This document shows, piece by piece, positions 49,351-59,773 of a DNA stretch of 64,000 nucleotides. Location of the stretch: contig OY762209.1 in assembly GCA_963665295.1 (NCBI GenBank), positions 1,856,001-1,920,000 of the forward strand, in the 5' to 3' direction. The notes under the pieces were generated by a model. That model searched no databases. It saw nothing but the letters and a program-made list of their open reading frames with translations, and was not told where the DNA came from. This stretch comes from Syntrophorhabdaceae bacterium. Lineage in GTDB: Bacteria; Desulfobacterota; Syntrophorhabdia; Syntrophorhabdales; Syntrophorhabdaceae. Both the position numbers and the translations under genes were made by a program. Within the stretch, counting starts at the first letter, position 1. Each line of letters begins with the position of its first letter.

Positions 49351-50205
49351 ATGAACGAGTACAAAGACAGCAATCTTATGGTCGATCTTACAAAGAAGGT
49401 ATATACGCCGGAGGAAGCAGGTTTTATCCTGGACAGGCTGGAGTATGCATGTCAGGAGGGCATCGTGGAGGCCCGGTCGGAGAGCACCCCTTCCCTGCTT
49501 TCATCATACAGGGGCGTCGAGGAAAAAGGGATCACCCCTAAATGGAACGTGAAGGTCTACGGGTACAATAAGAAGAAAGGCGGCCACAGTGTGGTCTGCA
49601 TCGATATGCACGTCCTCGGGAGACTGCTCGAAGCGGATTACGAGAGCTTTGTCCCGCCGGACCTCAAGGTCCTGAGGATCGACGACGCGGGCGGGGGTTT
49701 TCCTCTGTGCGGGGTGATGGTAGGGATATCCGACGAAGGGACCGTCCAGACGGCCGTGGTGCCCGTGGAATACTTCAGGAACGATACGGACAACGCCTTC
49801 GAGACAAAGCGGTACCTCGATATATACCAGGACCTGGCGGTAAGGGTTTTGCAACGGTTTGACGCGTCTCCCTCCACGCACCGCATAGAAATATGCAGCG
49901 GCCATATAAACCAGCCTCTCAGGGATAAGTTGAGGCGCCTCGGATACGACGTGCGGGTCACAGAGATCAAGGGCATGTTGCAGGACACTCTCGAAGAGCT
50001 GTACAGGGAATATGTCAACGGGGAGGTCGGTTCGGACGTCTATTACGACCCGAAGGGCGTGAAGGTATCCGAGATCCCGACCAGATACCGGGCTGCCCTC
50101 GAATACGGCCGCAAACATTGTCCGGACAAGATCAAGACCGGGTGGAACAGCCCCAACAAGTCGGGCAACCGGTCCAACCGGCGCGCCTTTCAGATACCGG
50201 GTTGA
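49351..50205 (+). CDS. Hypothetical protein with an RNase HII-like motif
   Basis: 284 aa; LRIDDAGGGFPLCGVMVG resembles the RNase HII motif GIDEAGRG.L.GP. Confidence 0.6.
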   Translation: MNEYKDSNLMVDLTKKVYTPEEAGFILDRLEYACQEGIVEARSESTPSLLSSYRGVEEKGITPKWNVKVYGYNKKKGGHSVVCIDMHVLGRLLEADYESFVPPDLKVLRIDDAGGGFPLCGVMVGISDEGTVQTAVVPVEYFRNDTDNAFETKRYLDIYQDLAVRVLQRFDASPSTHRIEICSGHINQPLRDKLRRLGYDVRVTEIKGMLQDTLEELYREYVNGEVGSDVYYDPKGVKVSEIPTRYRAALEYGRKHCPDKIKTGWNSPNKSGNRSNRRAFQIPG

Positions 50206-50501
50206 CCGTCTTCCGTGCTGCGGGGTCCACCGGGCCCCTGTATTCACGGGTTGTCCCCTTGAATTAGTACCAAATTATCACCAGTAAAATGTAAGGCTAT
50301 TCCTTATGATGATGTAACCTTGTAATATCACATGTTGTTTGTGCAAAACAGGGCGCTATTTACCTGAACGGCCGTTCGTTTACGGCATTGTTTCCCTTGC
50401 CGTTCTGTGCTACAAACTCATTATTGTTTCATCAAAGTTGTACTTGAAACACTCCGCGGGCTACCAGGGCGGTGAAAAGTCACCAAAACATCGAGGTTTT
50501 G

Positions 50502-50678
50502 ATGAATACCATCGTATGTCCTTACTGTGGCAAAGATGTGGCTCTTATCAGGTACGGCGGGGCGTGGATAGGCGTATGCTGTCACAGAATTATATACAAT
50601 GAGGAAGAACTGCCGGGGGACAAATCAATAAACAGGGATATGGCCGCGGTGGAATTGGAACACGACTCTCCCTCGTAA
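50502..50678 (+). CDS. Small Zn-ribbon-like protein
   Basis: CPYCG...GVCC; GAGG RBS. Confidence 0.6.
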   Translation: MNTIVCPYCGKDVALIRYGGAWIGVCCHRIIYNEEELPGDKSINRDMAAVELEHDSPS

Positions 50679-50765
50679 GCCATGGGAGGACGATCGGAAA
50701 TCTCTTCGCGCCATTCTCCACTCTGTGGCGCAAATATTACTATTGATCGATAGGGACGGCGGTTC

Positions 50766-52046
50766 ATGGATATAAGGTCACTTATTCCGATTTTTGATTT
50801 TTTGCCCCATGCAATCTTTGCGGTGGACGGGCAAAAGAAGGTTGTTGCCTGGAACAGGGCCATGGAAGCGATGACGGGGGTGAAGAGGGAAGACATCCTC
50901 GGTTCCGACGACTATGCCTATGCCGTGCCCTTCTACGGAAGAAAAAGGCCCGTCCTTATCGACCTCGTGGCGGGTGAAAACCGGGAAGAGGAAAACCTTT
51001 ACAATCAGGTAGAGAGGCAGGGTAACATCCTGTATGGAGAGGCATACGCTCCCGTGATGAACGGGGGCGCGGGCGCCTGCCTCCGGGGCGTCGCCGTGCC
51101 GCTGCGGGACAATATGGGCGTCTATCTCGGAGCGATCGAATCCATCCACATAACGGACTGCCGGACCGTCGGGAAGGGGCCCGGTGAATGGAAGGAAGGA
51201 TTCGACGTCTTCTTCGAGGAAGCGGCCGACCCTGCATTCCTCTTTGACGGTCATGTTTTTACGGACTGCAACCAGGCCGCGGTGCGGATCACGGGTGCAA
51301 CGCGCAAGGAGCAGTTGGTCGGGATGAACCCCATCGCCATGTCCCCGGACCGGCAGTGCGGCGGCCGTTTATCGCACGAAATGTGGCAGGAACACGTGAA
51401 TACGGCCATGGGGCAGGGAAGCAGCCGGTTTGAATGGATGTACCGTTCCTTCCAGGGCCCCACGCTCTGGACCGAAGTCTCGCTTACGGCATTGCCGGAT
51501 CAGGGAGAGAAGACCCTCTACATGGTCTGGAGGAATATGGGGCACCCCAACTGGGCGGGGGAAAGATCGGGGGCCGGGTTCGAGGAGAGACTAAGGGAAA
51601 AAGAGGAGGAGCTGCACCTTAAATCCCGAAATCTCGACGAAATCAACGCGGCGCTGAGGGTGCTTCTCGATGAGAGGGAAATCCATAAGGTCCGGATTGA
51701 AGAAAAGATACTGTCCAATGTAAAAGACCTGGTCTCGCCCTATATCGAAAAACTGAAGAAATGCTTGCCCGATCCCAATCAACTGATGTATCTGGACATA
51801 ATCGAGGCAAACCTCAACGAAATAGTTTCACCTTTTCTCCAGAAAATGCGCCTGCAATACGCCCACCTCACGCCCACGGAAACGGGCATAGCCCATCTCA
51901 TCAAAGACGGCAAGAGCACGAAAGAGATAGCCGAGATACTCCACATGTCCTCAGGAGCCATCAATTTTCACAGGAACAATATAAGAAAGAAGCTCGGACT
52001 GGTCAAAAAGAAGATCAATCTCAGGTCCCATCTTTTGTCCCTGTAA
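50766..52046 (+). CDS. PAS-PAS-LuxR transcriptional regulator
   Basis: Two PAS domains (WNRAME, DCNQAA); C-terminal LTPTE..IA.LI..GKSTKEIA...HRNNIRKKLGL. Confidence 0.9.
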   Translation: MDIRSLIPIFDFLPHAIFAVDGQKKVVAWNRAMEAMTGVKREDILGSDDYAYAVPFYGRKRPVLIDLVAGENREEENLYNQVERQGNILYGEAYAPVMNGGAGACLRGVAVPLRDNMGVYLGAIESIHITDCRTVGKGPGEWKEGFDVFFEEAADPAFLFDGHVFTDCNQAAVRITGATRKEQLVGMNPIAMSPDRQCGGRLSHEMWQEHVNTAMGQGSSRFEWMYRSFQGPTLWTEVSLTALPDQGEKTLYMVWRNMGHPNWAGERSGAGFEERLREKEEELHLKSRNLDEINAALRVLLDEREIHKVRIEEKILSNVKDLVSPYIEKLKKCLPDPNQLMYLDIIEANLNEIVSPFLQKMRLQYAHLTPTETGIAHLIKDGKSTKEIAEILHMSSGAINFHRNNIRKKLGLVKKKINLRSHLLSL

Positions 52047-52278
52047 CGGACCTCCAGGGATTCAATTTCACTTATACACCATAACTAAAAACTATACCCC
52101 CTCCCGTGTAAAGGTTTGATAAATCTCACGTTTCGCCGAATATCACGAAAAGTAAGACAAAGACACTGTTTTTTTTCGTGCCTCGCGTACCTTTTTTGAA
52201 ACAAACTCGGAAAAAAGCGGAGAATAAGGCCTTGACATGAAATCGTTATCGTTTATGCTATTCTACAGACAAAACATT

Positions 52279-53178
52279 ATGTTCTCCTACTCACTAAACT
52301 CCTTGATCGTGTTCTACGAAGTCGTAAAACTGAACAGCTTTTCCAAGGCTGCGGACCTGCTTTTCATGACCCAGCCGGGCGTGTCGAACCATGTGGCCCA
52401 ACTGGAGGCCCAGACGGGGAGCAGGCTCCTTACACGGGAAAAGGGCGCGTGCAGACTCACCAAGGAGGGAAAGGCGGTCTTCAGGTATGCGGAGAAGATA
52501 GAGACCATGGCAAGGGGCCTCGAGAATACCATAAGGGGCATAAAGCAGGAATCCGTCCCCTCTTTGAGGCTCGCCACGAGCCCCATATATTCGAAGGTCA
52601 TGCTCCCCTTTATCCTCGGCACCTTTCAGAAGGACAACCCCGATATCTCCATCGCCCTCGACATGGGGACCTCCCACGACCTTGTGGATTCAGTCCTTGC
52701 CATGAAGAACGATGTGGTAATCGCTGCTGCGGAGAAGACCTCGAAGAACCTCTCCGTATTCCCTCTCGTGAAAGAGGAACTGGTGGCCATAGTGCCCACC
52801 AACCATCCCTTCTCCATAAGGACGTCCATATCCTTACGGGAGATGGAGGGACGTCCTCTGATCGTACGGGAGAAAGGGTCCGCCACGAGGCATGCGGTAC
52901 TTGCCGCCTTCGAGTCGATGAAGATAAAACCTTCCGTCCTCATCGACATGAAGAGCACGGAGTTCATAAAGGAGTGGGTATCTCAGGGCAAGGGCAAGTC
53001 GATCCTCATCAAGAGGGCCGTATCGGCCGACGACCTCAAGCACCTCAAGGTCATACCCCTGGATGAGGACCTTTCCCTTAACGTGTCCATGCTCTTTTTG
53101 AAGGCGAGGAGATACGACCTCGCCATCCGGAAGTTCGTCCACCACGTGGAGGAGCTTAAATCGAAGTATGTGTTGTAA
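52279..53178 (+). CDS. LysR-family regulator
   Basis: SFSKAADLLFMTQPGVS HTH; REKGSATR. Confidence 0.92.
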   Translation: MFSYSLNSLIVFYEVVKLNSFSKAADLLFMTQPGVSNHVAQLEAQTGSRLLTREKGACRLTKEGKAVFRYAEKIETMARGLENTIRGIKQESVPSLRLATSPIYSKVMLPFILGTFQKDNPDISIALDMGTSHDLVDSVLAMKNDVVIAAAEKTSKNLSVFPLVKEELVAIVPTNHPFSIRTSISLREMEGRPLIVREKGSATRHAVLAAFESMKIKPSVLIDMKSTEFIKEWVSQGKGKSILIKRAVSADDLKHLKVIPLDEDLSLNVSMLFLKARRYDLAIRKFVHHVEELKSKYVL

Positions 53179-53218
53179 AAATAAGAGTTCACTACTATTT
53201 TAGAGCGAGGAGGCGGAT

Positions 53219-53527
53219 ATGGGTATCCATAGTGATGTGTATGAGTTTGCCGCGAGGGCAGGGGCGTTTGAGGGATTTGTGTACCGGAGGGACGGAATCG
53301 ACGCCCCATCGCTCAGTAAATGGGTGGAGCACCTGGAAAAGGGCTACCGGTCGTTGCCTCCGGAGGTCAGGAAAGAGTTGCAGAACTTGAGCGACGGCAC
53401 TATAGGCCGGGCGATCCGGTCCCTTGTCCCCGCCATCAGCGAAGAGGACGAGATCATCAAGAAGCTGAGAGGGATGATCGGAGGGAAGATGCCTGACTCG
53501 GCCGATGACTTTTCCCGGGTGAGATAG
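53219..53527 (+). CDS. Hypothetical protein
   Basis: 102 aa ORF with GGAGG RBS. Confidence 0.7.
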   Translation: MGIHSDVYEFAARAGAFEGFVYRRDGIDAPSLSKWVEHLEKGYRSLPPEVRKELQNLSDGTIGRAIRSLVPAISEEDEIIKKLRGMIGGKMPDSADDFSRVR

Positions 53528-53556
53528 AGTATGGTACGTGGTCCGGGCAATCCTTG

Positions 53557-54147
53557 ATGGCCCTCGCCCTTTTTGATTTTGACGGTACCATAAGTTTCAG
53601 GGACAGCTTCGCGGGTTTCATCAAGTACCTCGTGGGACCGGTCAGGTTCTACCTCGGGGTCACATGTTTGATTCCGGTGGTGGCAGGCTTCTTTCTGGGT
53701 CTGGTCCCTGCGTGGCGCGCAAAGGAGATGATGTCCATATTCTTCTTCCACGGCCGGGATTTGCGCCAATTTCAGGAACTGGCCACAAGGTACTCCCTGG
53801 AAGAGCTTCCGAAGATCGTGAGGCCTGCGATGATGGAGCGGATCGACCGGCACAGGGAACAGGGGGATACGGTGGTGGTGGTCACGGCCTCCCTTGAATG
53901 CTGGCTCAAGGCCTGGTGCGAAGCCCGGGGGGTCCACCTCATAGGGACGCAGCTCAAGGTGGAGGGGGGACGGGTTTCAGGACGGTTTCTCACGAAGAAC
54001 TGCAGCGGCCGGGAGAAGATAAGGCGCATCGAAGAACGTTTCAACCTTTCCGATTTTGACTACATTTACGCCTACGGGGACAGCACGGGCGACCGCGCCA
54101 TGCTCTCCATAGCGAACGAAGCCTACTACCGGGGAAAACGCGTCTAA
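53557..54147 (+). CDS. HAD-IB family hydrolase
   Basis: FDFDGT, VVTAS, NC.G.EK, AYGDSTGD. Confidence 0.9.
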   Translation: MALALFDFDGTISFRDSFAGFIKYLVGPVRFYLGVTCLIPVVAGFFLGLVPAWRAKEMMSIFFFHGRDLRQFQELATRYSLEELPKIVRPAMMERIDRHREQGDTVVVVTASLECWLKAWCEARGVHLIGTQLKVEGGRVSGRFLTKNCSGREKIRRIEERFNLSDFDYIYAYGDSTGDRAMLSIANEAYYRGKRV

Positions 54148-54194
54148 TATCGCACTCCCTTGAAGAAGAGAAGGGCTCTCCTTTACATGCTCCC

Positions 54195-54971
54195 TTACTG
54201 CGGGGCGGACAGCAACACTATGCCGTCCCCGATGCAGTTGCACGGTTCGGCAAGGTCTACTGAAAATCCTGCATCTTCCGCTGTTTTTGCGAGCCAGGCC
54301 ATGCTTACGGGATACTCGTTGTCCCTCTTCATGATCAGGTCTCCGGCTCTGGACTCGTTTTCCGCACAGAAGATACCGGCCTCTCTCGATCTTTCTATTT
54401 CCTCTTTTCCGAGACCTCCAAGGGCAGCCCAGAAGGTGCTGGAATACCCTTCCAGTTCCCTCAGGGACCAGCGGTTCCGGGTAAGGGCCAGGAGTTCCAC
54501 CCTTCCGAAGGATTCGGGGAGAAATATATCCGCCACGCACACCTTGCCCTTTGAGGGTAATTTCCCTCTCAATACCCTCAGGAAATCCGCCTTGGTCTCA
54601 AGGGGGTCGGTTACGTGGTGGAAGGAGTAAAGGAAGATCGTCATATCCGGCAACTGCTCCAGATTTCCCACGTAACCCACCATGTCATCCTTGAGGAACG
54701 CCGCGTTGGCAGGGGCCGTGGACCGGGCGAGGGCGATCATCTCATCTCTCATGTCTATGCCGGTGACCCGGCATCCGGGGTTTTCCCGGGCGAGGCGGTT
54801 TGCGGTCGCCCCCGTTCCCGCGCCGAGGTCAACCAGTGTTTCCGGCCGGCAGAGCTTCACAATCTTGCTTACCCCGTTCTGCAATGCCATGTAATAGGAA
54901 GACTGTCCCAGAAACTTTCTGAACATCTCCTCCGTCCTGTAAAAACTGGGGGTCCTGTCGTAATCTGTCAC
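54195..54971 (-). CDS. Class I SAM-dependent methyltransferase
   Basis: LVDLGAGTG, VTGID, SFHH. Confidence 0.85.
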   Translation of the reverse strand: MTDYDRTPSFYRTEEMFRKFLGQSSYYMALQNGVSKIVKLCRPETLVDLGAGTGATANRLARENPGCRVTGIDMRDEMIALARSTAPANAAFLKDDMVGYVGNLEQLPDMTIFLYSFHHVTDPLETKADFLRVLRGKLPSKGKVCVADIFLPESFGRVELLALTRNRWSLRELEGYSSTFWAALGGLGKEEIERSREAGIFCAENESRAGDLIMKRDNEYPVSMAWLAKTAEDAGFSVDLAEPCNCIGDGIVLLSAPQ

Positions 54972-55216
54972 CTGTAACCTCCTCGGGCGTTTTGTCTGCG
55001 GCGTTCCGGGTTGCTCACCGCCCTTTACACAATAGGATACGGGAACAGCCTTTGTGTCAATTCAGTTCTTTTTATGGGCCATAAGGAAAAACCATGGAGG
55101 CCTGAATGCCCGCCGCTACTGAAAACGGGCGGGTGACGGGCTTATTTCCTATTGACAGAAACGCATTTCCTGTGCAGTTATCTTTAAGGGACAAATCTTT
55201 GAGGCAGGTGAGCCGA

Positions 55217-55837
55217 ATGGGCCGGAAGAAAGGGGGCCTTGTTTTCAACAGATCTTTGGAGAGGGCATTGCAGATACTGAACGCCTTCGATGGCCGGAGA
55301 CGGGAGCTGAGCATGACCCAGATCTCGAAGGCCCTGAGCCTGCCCACGGCCACGGTCCTCAGACTTTGCTCGACCCTGGTAAGATATGATTTTCTGAAAC
55401 ACGACATGGATTCGAAAAGGTATTCCCTGGGTCCCAGGTTGTCCGAACTGGGAGTCCTTGTGCCGGGCCCCTCTTTTCGGAAAAGAAGGGCTTCGGTAAG
55501 CATGTCCATGGAATCGGGAGGAGATGCTCTCGAGAAGGCCGCCCTGAAGGAGGACCGGATCGGACCGAGGGGGCGCGCCGACAGGCCGGACTTGGGGAGG
55601 AATGCGGTTTCTCGTCCGACAGTCCGTCGCATGGCGGTGGTGGTAATGTGTGATGCCCCTGAGGGCAAGGACGTCCGCGAGTATATCATCCTTGAGCCGG
55701 AGACCATGTTTGAGGAGATTGCCGCGTTTATCGAGAAGCGGAGCTTCAGTGGGCGGCAACTCGCGGGGAGGATCGGGTTCGGCGAGGACACGGCCCCTGC
55801 AAGACCCGGCAAACCGGACAAGAAGGCCTTCAGATGA
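55217..55837 (+). CDS. IclR-type HTH protein with an atypical C-terminus
   Basis: RSLERALQIL...LPTATVLRL..TL...YSLG.RL.ELG; no IclR effector domain recognised. Confidence 0.65.
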   Translation: MGRKKGGLVFNRSLERALQILNAFDGRRRELSMTQISKALSLPTATVLRLCSTLVRYDFLKHDMDSKRYSLGPRLSELGVLVPGPSFRKRRASVSMSMESGGDALEKAALKEDRIGPRGRADRPDLGRNAVSRPTVRRMAVVVMCDAPEGKDVREYIILEPETMFEEIAAFIEKRSFSGRQLAGRIGFGEDTAPARPGKPDKKAFR

Positions 55838-55941
55838 GGATGCAGGCAACCTGCCGGGGATACTGAGGAAGAGGGGTTTTTCTTCCCGATGGCCCTTGAA
55901 GGCCCCGAAGCAGGCGAGACCAATGACGATAAGGGTGTAAG

Positions 55942-56457
55942 ATGAGCGATCTTCTGATACTTGTGGACAAGGACGACAACATTGCGGGATACGAAGAAAA
56001 GGAGCGGTGTCACCTCATTCCCACGAAACTCCACCGCGCCTTCTCCATCTTCATTCTTAGCCCGGAAGGGAAGATGCTCATCCACCGGAGAAGCCTCCTG
56101 AAGAAGACGTGGCCCGGTTTCTGGACAAACGCGTGCTGCTCCCATCCGAGAAAAGGTGAGTCCCTGGATATGGCCGTCGCGAGGCGGCTTCAAGAGGAGT
56201 TGGGTTTTGTGACGACCGTGACCCCCCTCTTCGCATTTCGCTACGAGGCAGACTACGACGGCACATACGGGGAGAACGAAATCGATCACGTGTTTCTGGG
56301 CACCTACGCCGGTGAGATCAAGGCGAACGCCGACGAGATCGACGAGTGGAAGTTCGTGGACATAGAGGCCTTGAAGGCGGAGATTTCGGCGGATAGTGAA
56401 AGATTCACCCCATGGTTCAAGAAGGCATTGCCGGGCGTACTGGCGTATCTTCTCTGA
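55942..56457 (+). CDS. idi: Isopentenyl-diphosphate delta-isomerase type 1
   Basis: LHRAFS, WTNACCSHP, ENEIDHVF, FTPWF. Confidence 0.93.
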   Translation: MSDLLILVDKDDNIAGYEEKERCHLIPTKLHRAFSIFILSPEGKMLIHRRSLLKKTWPGFWTNACCSHPRKGESLDMAVARRLQEELGFVTTVTPLFAFRYEADYDGTYGENEIDHVFLGTYAGEIKANADEIDEWKFVDIEALKAEISADSERFTPWFKKALPGVLAYLL

Positions 56458-56504
56458 TCCCGTTACGGTCGCGGACGTGACGCCCCCGCTTAACGGGAAA
56501 GCCG

Positions 56505-57137
56505 TCAGGGCGAGGCGGGTTCCTTCCCGGGGACTTCTTTCCTCTGCCAGAAAAGGGTCGTCCTGATCCTTTCCAGGATGGGTTGCACCATGGCGGGGTT
56601 TTTGATCGTTTCCGTCTCCCTCCATCCTCTCCAATCGCCCAGGAGTTCGTGGTATAGGTCTGCGCAGGCCCGGTGGTACAGGACTTCGGTGCCGGGGCTG
56701 GTCCGGGACGCACACCTCGTGAGCGCGTCGTAGAGCCGGTCGCGCTCCGTCTCGCTCTCCGCGTTAAAGACGATTACCTTTGTGCCCTTCGTGGGGTCGG
56801 CCGATCCGAACCTGCCTTTGATATCCATATCGCCGAGATAATCGTTCTCAAAATCACTGAGGAACCGGGTGCACTCCTCCATATCGGCGAGAGGCACGAC
56901 CACCTTCCAGCATTGGTGCGCCCGCCCGAGGCTGATCTCGGACCTCCCTTCCTTGAGCTGTTCATAGAGGCTGGTGATGCAGGGAACACACCTTCCGTAG
57001 ATATCGCTTTTGGTCCTCTTGAGGCCGGGGTTGGTTTCGAAGCTTACCCATTTCGCATCGTTCCTTGCGAAGTACCGCCTGTCTATGTAAAGCCTGCCCA
57101 TAGGTCCGTCCTTTGGAGGCCCGTCGCCCGCCGTCAT
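56505..57137 (-). CDS. Conserved-looking hypothetical protein
   Basis: 210 aa with RCVPC, KGRFGS, YHRAC motifs. Confidence 0.65.
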   Translation of the reverse strand: MTAGDGPPKDGPMGRLYIDRRYFARNDAKWVSFETNPGLKRTKSDIYGRCVPCITSLYEQLKEGRSEISLGRAHQCWKVVVPLADMEECTRFLSDFENDYLGDMDIKGRFGSADPTKGTKVIVFNAESETERDRLYDALTRCASRTSPGTEVLYHRACADLYHELLGDWRGWRETETIKNPAMVQPILERIRTTLFWQRKEVPGKEPASP

Positions 57138-57465
57138 CTTTTTTCCGAACCGGACCGGCGGCGCCGCGCGAGTCGCCCGTATTGTATATATATGCAGATA
57201 TTATGATTCCCGAACGGGGACTGTCAATAATATTGGTGAAATAGGGTCATAGGTTTTTCTTATGCACCATAAGAAGAACTGAATTGACATATGGCGCACG
57301 GCAACGGTTTATTGTTATGAAAGAACACTGAATGAACACGTGTTTCGGTGTGTGTACACCAATGGGGGCAAGGTGCCCCGGGACTTACGGACCGTGTTTC
57401 CATCGAGCTGTTCTGTCACAGGCGGATGCACCATAGCCAATTCCAAGCAGCAGGGGAGGTAAACC

Positions 57466-58773
57466 ATGGAGTACTGGAACGCGTACACGGAGACATTACC
57501 CCGGGAGACGCTGAACAAGGTGGAGTTGAAGTATTTTAAGGACCTCGTTTCCTACGGCAAGGCCCATTCCAATCTTTACAAAGAAAAACTGAAGGGGATA
57601 GAGGCAGGGGATATCAAGACCTTCGAAGACATCAAGAAGGTCCCTTTCACCTACAAGGAGGAACTCCGGAAGTGGCAGGAGGATGTGACCCCCTTCCCCT
57701 ACGGAGGACTCCTGGGCGTTCCCATCGAGGAGGTATGCACCTTCAGGCAGACAAGCGGCACCACGGGCAAACCCGTCTATGTGCCCGAGTCCTACGAGAG
57801 CTGGCAGTGGAGGATCGAATCATGGTGCCACATACTCTATATGGCAGGCTTCAGGCCCCGCCACAGGCTCTTCCTTCCCTTCGGGTATAACGTGTACGTG
57901 GCATTCTGGGAAGCCCACTACGCAGCCGAGAAACTCGGGTGTGAGGTAATCCCCGGCGGCGCCTTGGATACCAAGGGCAGGGTCAACAAGATCCTCGAAC
58001 TCAAGGCCACCGCTATGGCGGGCACCCCCACCTATACCCTCAATATCGCCCAGGAAGCCATGTCCATGGGCATCGACCCCAAGACCTTCGGGATCGAGAG
58101 GATATTGGGCGCAGGCGAGCCCCTTCCCGAGGCGACCCGTAAAAAGATAGAAGACACCTATGGATGCAAAATGTTCGACCATATAGGCTCCACCGAGACC
58201 TGCGGCTTCGCGGGCATGTGCGAGGCCCAGCAGGGACTCCACATCATCGAACCCCTCTTCCTCGTAGAGTTCCTCGACAGAGAGACCCTCTCCAAGGAAG
58301 TAGCCGAAGGCGAGCAGGGCGTCCTTGTAGTAACCCCCCTGGGAAGGCACTCCTTCCCTGTCATACGGTTCAACACCAACGACGTGGCGGTAAAGGGCCC
58401 CTCCACCTGCGAATGCGGAAGGACCTCCCAGAAGATGATGGAGATCGTGGGAAGGGTAGACGACATCACGAAGATACGGGGCGTCCTCTTCTCCCCCAAG
58501 ACGGTGGAGCAGCTCGTGAGATCGGAATTCCCCGAGATCAAGGAATATGAGCTTGTCGTAACCCGTGAAGGGATCATGGACAAGATCCTGGCACGGATCG
58601 AGGTAGATCCCTCTCTCTCCCCCCAGGAAGCCGAGGCGGTCGCGAAGAGGCTCTCCGAAAGGCACAAGATAAAGACGAACCTCTCCTGCACCACGAAGGT
58701 GGAACCCGCAGGCGCCCTCCCGAGGTATGAGCTCAAGGCGAAGAGATTCAAGGACATGAGGGGAGCGCACTAA
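57466..58773 (+). CDS. Phenylacetate-CoA ligase family protein
   Basis: QTSGTTGKP, GAGEP, GSTE, RFNTND, GRVDD..KIRGV. Confidence 0.9.
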   Translation: MEYWNAYTETLPRETLNKVELKYFKDLVSYGKAHSNLYKEKLKGIEAGDIKTFEDIKKVPFTYKEELRKWQEDVTPFPYGGLLGVPIEEVCTFRQTSGTTGKPVYVPESYESWQWRIESWCHILYMAGFRPRHRLFLPFGYNVYVAFWEAHYAAEKLGCEVIPGGALDTKGRVNKILELKATAMAGTPTYTLNIAQEAMSMGIDPKTFGIERILGAGEPLPEATRKKIEDTYGCKMFDHIGSTETCGFAGMCEAQQGLHIIEPLFLVEFLDRETLSKEVAEGEQGVLVVTPLGRHSFPVIRFNTNDVAVKGPSTCECGRTSQKMMEIVGRVDDITKIRGVLFSPKTVEQLVRSEFPEIKEYELVVTREGIMDKILARIEVDPSLSPQEAEAVAKRLSERHKIKTNLSCTTKVEPAGALPRYELKAKRFKDMRGAH

Positions 58774-58796
58774 ATAACTAACGGAGGTGGCCGTAA

Positions 58797-58949
58797 ATGG
58801 ACGAGATAAGAAAAGAAATAGATAACCTTCAGAAAAGCGCGGAGAGGCTCAAGGCCCTCGCGGACGGCAATAACGCCATAAAGAAGAACGCGGAGATCAT
58901 CCTTACGTTTCTTTATATACTGCAGTTCATCACACCTGCGGAAGATTAA
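58797..58949 (+). CDS. Small 50 aa hypothetical protein
   Basis: Manual translation MDEIRKEIDNLQKSAERLKALADGNNAIKKNAEIILTFLYILQFITPAED; GGAGG RBS; within the operon. Confidence 0.7.
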   Translation: MDEIRKEIDNLQKSAERLKALADGNNAIKKNAEIILTFLYILQFITPAED

Positions 58950-58998
58950 TACCCGTGACGTGTGAAGAAAAGATAACTACATTAAAGGGAGGTTCATT

Positions 58999-59763
58999 AT
59001 GGGATCAGAAGGTAAGCTTGCACTCGTAACAGGCGCGTCAATGCCCCACGGCATCGGGAGGGCCGCAGCCCTGGCCATTGCCAGAGATGGGGCGGATGTG
59101 GTGGTAACAGGCTTCAACAACATGGACGGCGTGGAGAAGGTAGCGGCTGAGATCCGCGCCATGGGCCGCAAATCGATGGCGATCAGGATGAACGGAAGAG
59201 ACTATGGGGACGTACAGAAGGGTTTCGCCGCCATCAAGGCGGAAATGGGTCCTGTAGACATCCTTGTCAACAACGCAGCCCAGATGCGCCGCATGGTGAC
59301 CATTGCGAAGACCAACGTGGAAGACTGGGACAACGAGGTGAAGCTCTGTCTCAACTCCGCCTTCTACTGCATCAAGGAGGCATGGGCCGATATGACGGCA
59401 AAGAAGTGGGGACGCATCGTCAACATGTCCTCAGTAGCGGGCGTCATGGGCGGTTCCGGCCAGTCGAGCTACGGCGCGGCCAAAGCGGGCCTCATAGGCA
59501 TGGCAAAGTCGGCGGCCCTCGAAGGCGCACGGCACGGCATCACCGCCAACGTGGTCTTGATAGGCACGGCCAATACGGAGGCCTACTATGAGCCCATCCC
59601 CGAAGAGACCCGTCAGAAATTCGAGAAGAGGATCGCCCTTCGCAGACCTGCCGAGCCTGCAGAGATAGGCGAGGCCATCGCCTTCGTCGTATCCGACAAA
59701 GCGGCATACATGACCGGCGCCGTCGTCAACATGATGGGCGGACTCGATCTGTTTGTATTTTAA
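58999..59763 (+). CDS. SDR-family oxidoreductase (FabG-like)
   Basis: TGAS..GIG, LVNNA, YGAAK. Confidence 0.9.
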   Translation: MGSEGKLALVTGASMPHGIGRAAALAIARDGADVVVTGFNNMDGVEKVAAEIRAMGRKSMAIRMNGRDYGDVQKGFAAIKAEMGPVDILVNNAAQMRRMVTIAKTNVEDWDNEVKLCLNSAFYCIKEAWADMTAKKWGRIVNMSSVAGVMGGSGQSSYGAAKAGLIGMAKSAALEGARHGITANVVLIGTANTEAYYEPIPEETRQKFEKRIALRRPAEPAEIGEAIAFVVSDKAAYMTGAVVNMMGGLDLFVF

Positions 59764-59773
59764 GGAGGAACAC

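Noticed and set aside
55072..56715. 547 aa minus-strand ORF, and similar long antisense ORFs (1191-2345, 3305-4579, 57820-58770, 61952-62926)
   Set aside because: Shadow frames opposite well-supported genes in GC-rich DNA, with no recognisable motifs.
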